18,284 nt of DNA from an uncultured bacterium (lineage in GTDB: Bacteria > JAJVIF01 > JAPKYR01), in contig CBDURU010000072.1 of assembly GCA_965369865.1 (NCBI GenBank), positions 1-18,284 on the forward strand, given 5' to 3'. Shown in pieces: positions 15,473 to 18,284 of the stretch. The notes under the pieces are model-generated. The model did not search any database. It had not been told where the DNA came from and saw only the letters and a list, made by a program, of their open reading frames with translations. Both the position numbers and the translations under genes were made by a program. Position 1 is the stretch's first letter. Each line of letters begins with the position of its first letter.

Positions 15473-18169
15473 ATGAAACTTCCACGTCATTTTGCCTGGA
15501 TACTTTTTATTGCTATTTTCATCTCTGCCGCATTGGTAGCTACCGGTTACTCGCAGGATGAGAATACCGAAATCGTTGTTCCTGAGGAGCTGGCATCGGC
15601 AAGAGCTGTATACGAGACGCTCCGTGATGCGATCGCTGATATCGAAAGGGGACGGGAGAGCGGATTCGATGACGCGTTGCTGACATTCGATCTGTCATGG
15701 GTGCCGGAAATTATCAGGATCGAGTACGGCAGGGAAATCGCGAGAAAACTCTCCGCGATTATGTCGACAACCACCTGGCCGGATGTTGAGACATTCTCGG
15801 ATGAATTTACCGGCAGAATAGAAATCCATGGAGATGTGATTGAACCTTCGACAAAAATTTTCAGCAATGCAGATGGAACGATAGCAATTCATCACACCTA
15901 CGACAACCCGTGGCATGTCACTTACGGTTCAATAAAGGCTATATCGATTATTTATCACGAGATGGAATTATCCGGGCAGTATGAATTTGAGGAACTGCCG
16001 GCACCCGATCTTCCTGAAGGATATCCAGCGCAATTCAGCAGTCCTCGCGGATGCTACGAATTCTTTGTTGAAGCAATAGCAGCAGAAGAAGCAGGGGAGG
16101 ATGAAGAAGCGGAAATCCCGGAGCTTAACCCTCGTTCGGCTTTGGACCTCGCGAGGATACCGGTTGAAGGAAGGGATGAACAGGCGAGCGATATTGTCAG
16201 GCAGCTTGGAAAAATTCTTTCCGCGATTCCTGAGATTGATCCGGTTAATATTTCAAACGATCTTACCGGTCCTCCATTTCTTATATATCCCGATGAGCAT
16301 GGAAAAATCGAGATTACCCTGAATGAGGAAGGCCGGTGGCTTTTCAGCCAGAATACCATCCCGATGATCCCCGAGATCTATATCGCGATGATCGGCTCGG
16401 GGATAATCGATATCCTCGAACCGCTTGATGAAACGGTTACTCAGGGTGTTCCTTCAGGCCTCGCGACCCCAAGGCACGCTTACCAGACCTATTACATCGC
16501 GATGACCCGTGTGGTTGAAGGTGAAACCGAAGCCCTTGATGATGCGATCGAATGCCTTGATCTTTCCGAAGTGCCTGGAACGGTTCTGCAGGAACATAGC
16601 GTTCAGGTAGCGAAGCAGCTTGGAAAAATCCTCGACAATATCGACCGCATCGATCCTGAAGAACTTTCGAATGATCCATCTGGTCCGTCCTATGTATTGT
16701 ACAGACATGACGAAGGGCTTATCGAGATCGCGCAAAGTGAAGATGACGCGTGGCGGTTCAGCGTGGCGACTGTCGCGGCGATCCCGGAAATTCACCGCGA
16801 GATGGATATTTCCGGGTACTTCGAGGATCGGTTGTTAACAGGCCTCGCAAGGATTGAATTATCCGGAGCCGAGGTTATCAGTGAGATGGACGTGCAGTCG
16901 TTTATACCCGCATCATGGCGGGATAAAACATTCATCCTCGAAGACTGGCAATGGTTTTACCTGATAATCATAATCCTGATCGGCATGTTACTTGACAGGC
17001 TGATTCCCGCTATTCTCAGTAAAGCTCTCAGGTTCTGGTTCAGACATACATTCATCGGCGACAAACCCGACCTGATCCTCAATACCAGCCGTCCGTTCGG
17101 TTTCCTCGCGATGTCGGGATTCTGGTGGATTGTACTTGGAAGCTCGGGACTGGAACTTAAAGTTTTAAATGTCCTTCTGACAGCGGTTAAATTCATGACC
17201 GCCGCTGGATTCGTCTGGTGCGCGTACAGATCGGTGGATGTTGTCAGCGAATTTATTGAAAGGAAAGCAACCGAAACCGCGTCCCGAATGGATGACCTTC
17301 TCGCGCCATTTGTACGGAAAAGCCTGAAGGTTCTCGTGACGGTTTTCGGCGTCGTTTTTGTCGCCAGCAATATCAATATCGATGTGACCAGCCTGGTTGC
17401 CGGACTTGGTATCGGCGGCCTCGCGCTCGCACTTGCCGCGCAGGACACGCTTTCGAATCTTTTCGGATCGCTTACCGTGCTTTTCGACCGGCCGTTCCAG
17501 GTCGGCGACTGGGTTGTTATCGGGGGAGATATCGAAGGGACCGTTGAGGAGCTTGGTTTCCGCTCAACTCGTATCAGGACATTTTACAATTCGATCATAA
17601 CAGTACCCAACGCGAAACTCATCAGTGTGCAGGTCGATAACCTTGGTGAAAGGCGTTACAGGCGTATCAAGGCAATGCTCTCCCTGACCTACAACACACA
17701 ACCCGATAAAATAGAAGCGTTCTGTGAGGGTATACGGGAGCTGATACGGGCACATCCTTACACCAGGAAAGACTATTTCCACGTATGGTTAAATCAATTC
17801 GGCGGGAGTTCGCTCGACGTATTGCTTTATTGTTTTGTTAAAACACCCGACTGGTCGACCGAGCTTAGGGAAAAACACAGGCTGTTTCTCGACATCCTGC
17901 GCCTCGCGAAGGAACTCGGTATCGAATTCGCGTTTCCGACCCAGACGATCTACATGGCGAAAGATGATCCCGACTACAGGGTGTTCCCTGATGAGGGTGA
18001 TATTAAATCCACTGTATATGATCGAAAGTTGGGCGCGGAAAATATCGCGAAGGAAATCGCGTTCAGCGAACTTGGCGGGGAAGGTGTAATTCCGCCCAAG
18101 GTGCAGTTCCGTAGCGGTGCGCCTATGGATCATTCGGATGGCTTTGAGGACGGTGACGGCGACGGGTAG
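15473..18169 (+). CDS. large MscS-family mechanosensitive channel with extended extracytoplasmic N-terminus
   Basis: Signal peptide; TM region; AGLGIGGLALALAAQDTLSNLFGS..VLFDRPFQVGDWV and GTVEELGFRSTRIRTF..TVPN; C-terminal GIEFAFPTQT. Confidence 0.95.
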   Translation: MKLPRHFAWILFIAIFISAALVATGYSQDENTEIVVPEELASARAVYETLRDAIADIERGRESGFDDALLTFDLSWVPEIIRIEYGREIARKLSAIMSTTTWPDVETFSDEFTGRIEIHGDVIEPSTKIFSNADGTIAIHHTYDNPWHVTYGSIKAISIIYHEMELSGQYEFEELPAPDLPEGYPAQFSSPRGCYEFFVEAIAAEEAGEDEEAEIPELNPRSALDLARIPVEGRDEQASDIVRQLGKILSAIPEIDPVNISNDLTGPPFLIYPDEHGKIEITLNEEGRWLFSQNTIPMIPEIYIAMIGSGIIDILEPLDETVTQGVPSGLATPRHAYQTYYIAMTRVVEGETEALDDAIECLDLSEVPGTVLQEHSVQVAKQLGKILDNIDRIDPEELSNDPSGPSYVLYRHDEGLIEIAQSEDDAWRFSVATVAAIPEIHREMDISGYFEDRLLTGLARIELSGAEVISEMDVQSFIPASWRDKTFILEDWQWFYLIIIILIGMLLDRLIPAILSKALRFWFRHTFIGDKPDLILNTSRPFGFLAMSGFWWIVLGSSGLELKVLNVLLTAVKFMTAAGFVWCAYRSVDVVSEFIERKATETASRMDDLLAPFVRKSLKVLVTVFGVVFVASNINIDVTSLVAGLGIGGLALALAAQDTLSNLFGSLTVLFDRPFQVGDWVVIGGDIEGTVEELGFRSTRIRTFYNSIITVPNAKLISVQVDNLGERRYRRIKAMLSLTYNTQPDKIEAFCEGIRELIRAHPYTRKDYFHVWLNQFGGSSLDVLLYCFVKTPDWSTELREKHRLFLDILRLAKELGIEFAFPTQTIYMAKDDPDYRVFPDEGDIKSTVYDRKLGAENIAKEIAFSELGGEGVIPPKVQFRSGAPMDHSDGFEDGDGDG

Positions 18170-18190
18170 GGGAAGATGATGGAGAGTAGT

Positions 18191-18275
18191 ATCAGTACCG
18201 CGAACGTTAGTGAGCGGTGTACCAGGCGCCAAAATTGCAGTTGGCAGACCGCTCACTAACGTTCGCGGTACTGAT
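18191..18275. repeat. REPIN-like element: perfect 28-bp inverted repeat with 29-bp spacer
   Basis: ATCAGTACCGCGAACGTTAGTGAGCGGT (18191-18218) and its exact reverse complement (18248-18275); each arm folds as ACCGC-GA-AC-GTTA-GT-GA-GCGGT. Confidence 0.9.
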
Positions 18276-18284
18276 TAGACCACT

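Overview
Bacterial chromosomal window with 12 supportable CDSs. From left to right: a 5'-truncated FN3 + beta-propeller (SBBP-type) protein; a self-contained flagellar hook module (fliK-flgD-TIGR02530-type gene-flgE) with a sigma28-like promoter, a long FliK and an enlarged FlgE; a YtnP-like MBL-fold hydrolase; a polytopic GT-C/DUF2723-like membrane protein coupled to a stand-alone Smr protein; a TolB/PD40 propeller protein; a DUF2723 (TMEM260-like) protein; an orphan family-5 ABC peptide-binding lipoprotein; and a large MscS channel with a triplicated extracytoplasmic domain. The intergenic DNA is the most interesting part. (i) The 336-bp spacer between the TIGR02530-type gene and flgE is highly structured and GGA-rich. 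(ii) A 24-bp palindromic motif occurs as 30-bp-spaced pairs upstream of both flgE and the MBL gene. (iii) A 132-bp MITE-like element carries an inside-out GTAG REP pair. (iv) There is a GGGGACAC repeat cluster, a structured cassette between 28-bp direct repeats, and a perfect 28-bp REPIN-like inverted repeat. No transposase, CRISPR array, tRNA or rRNA was seen. All family calls are by motif recognition only; no searches were run.
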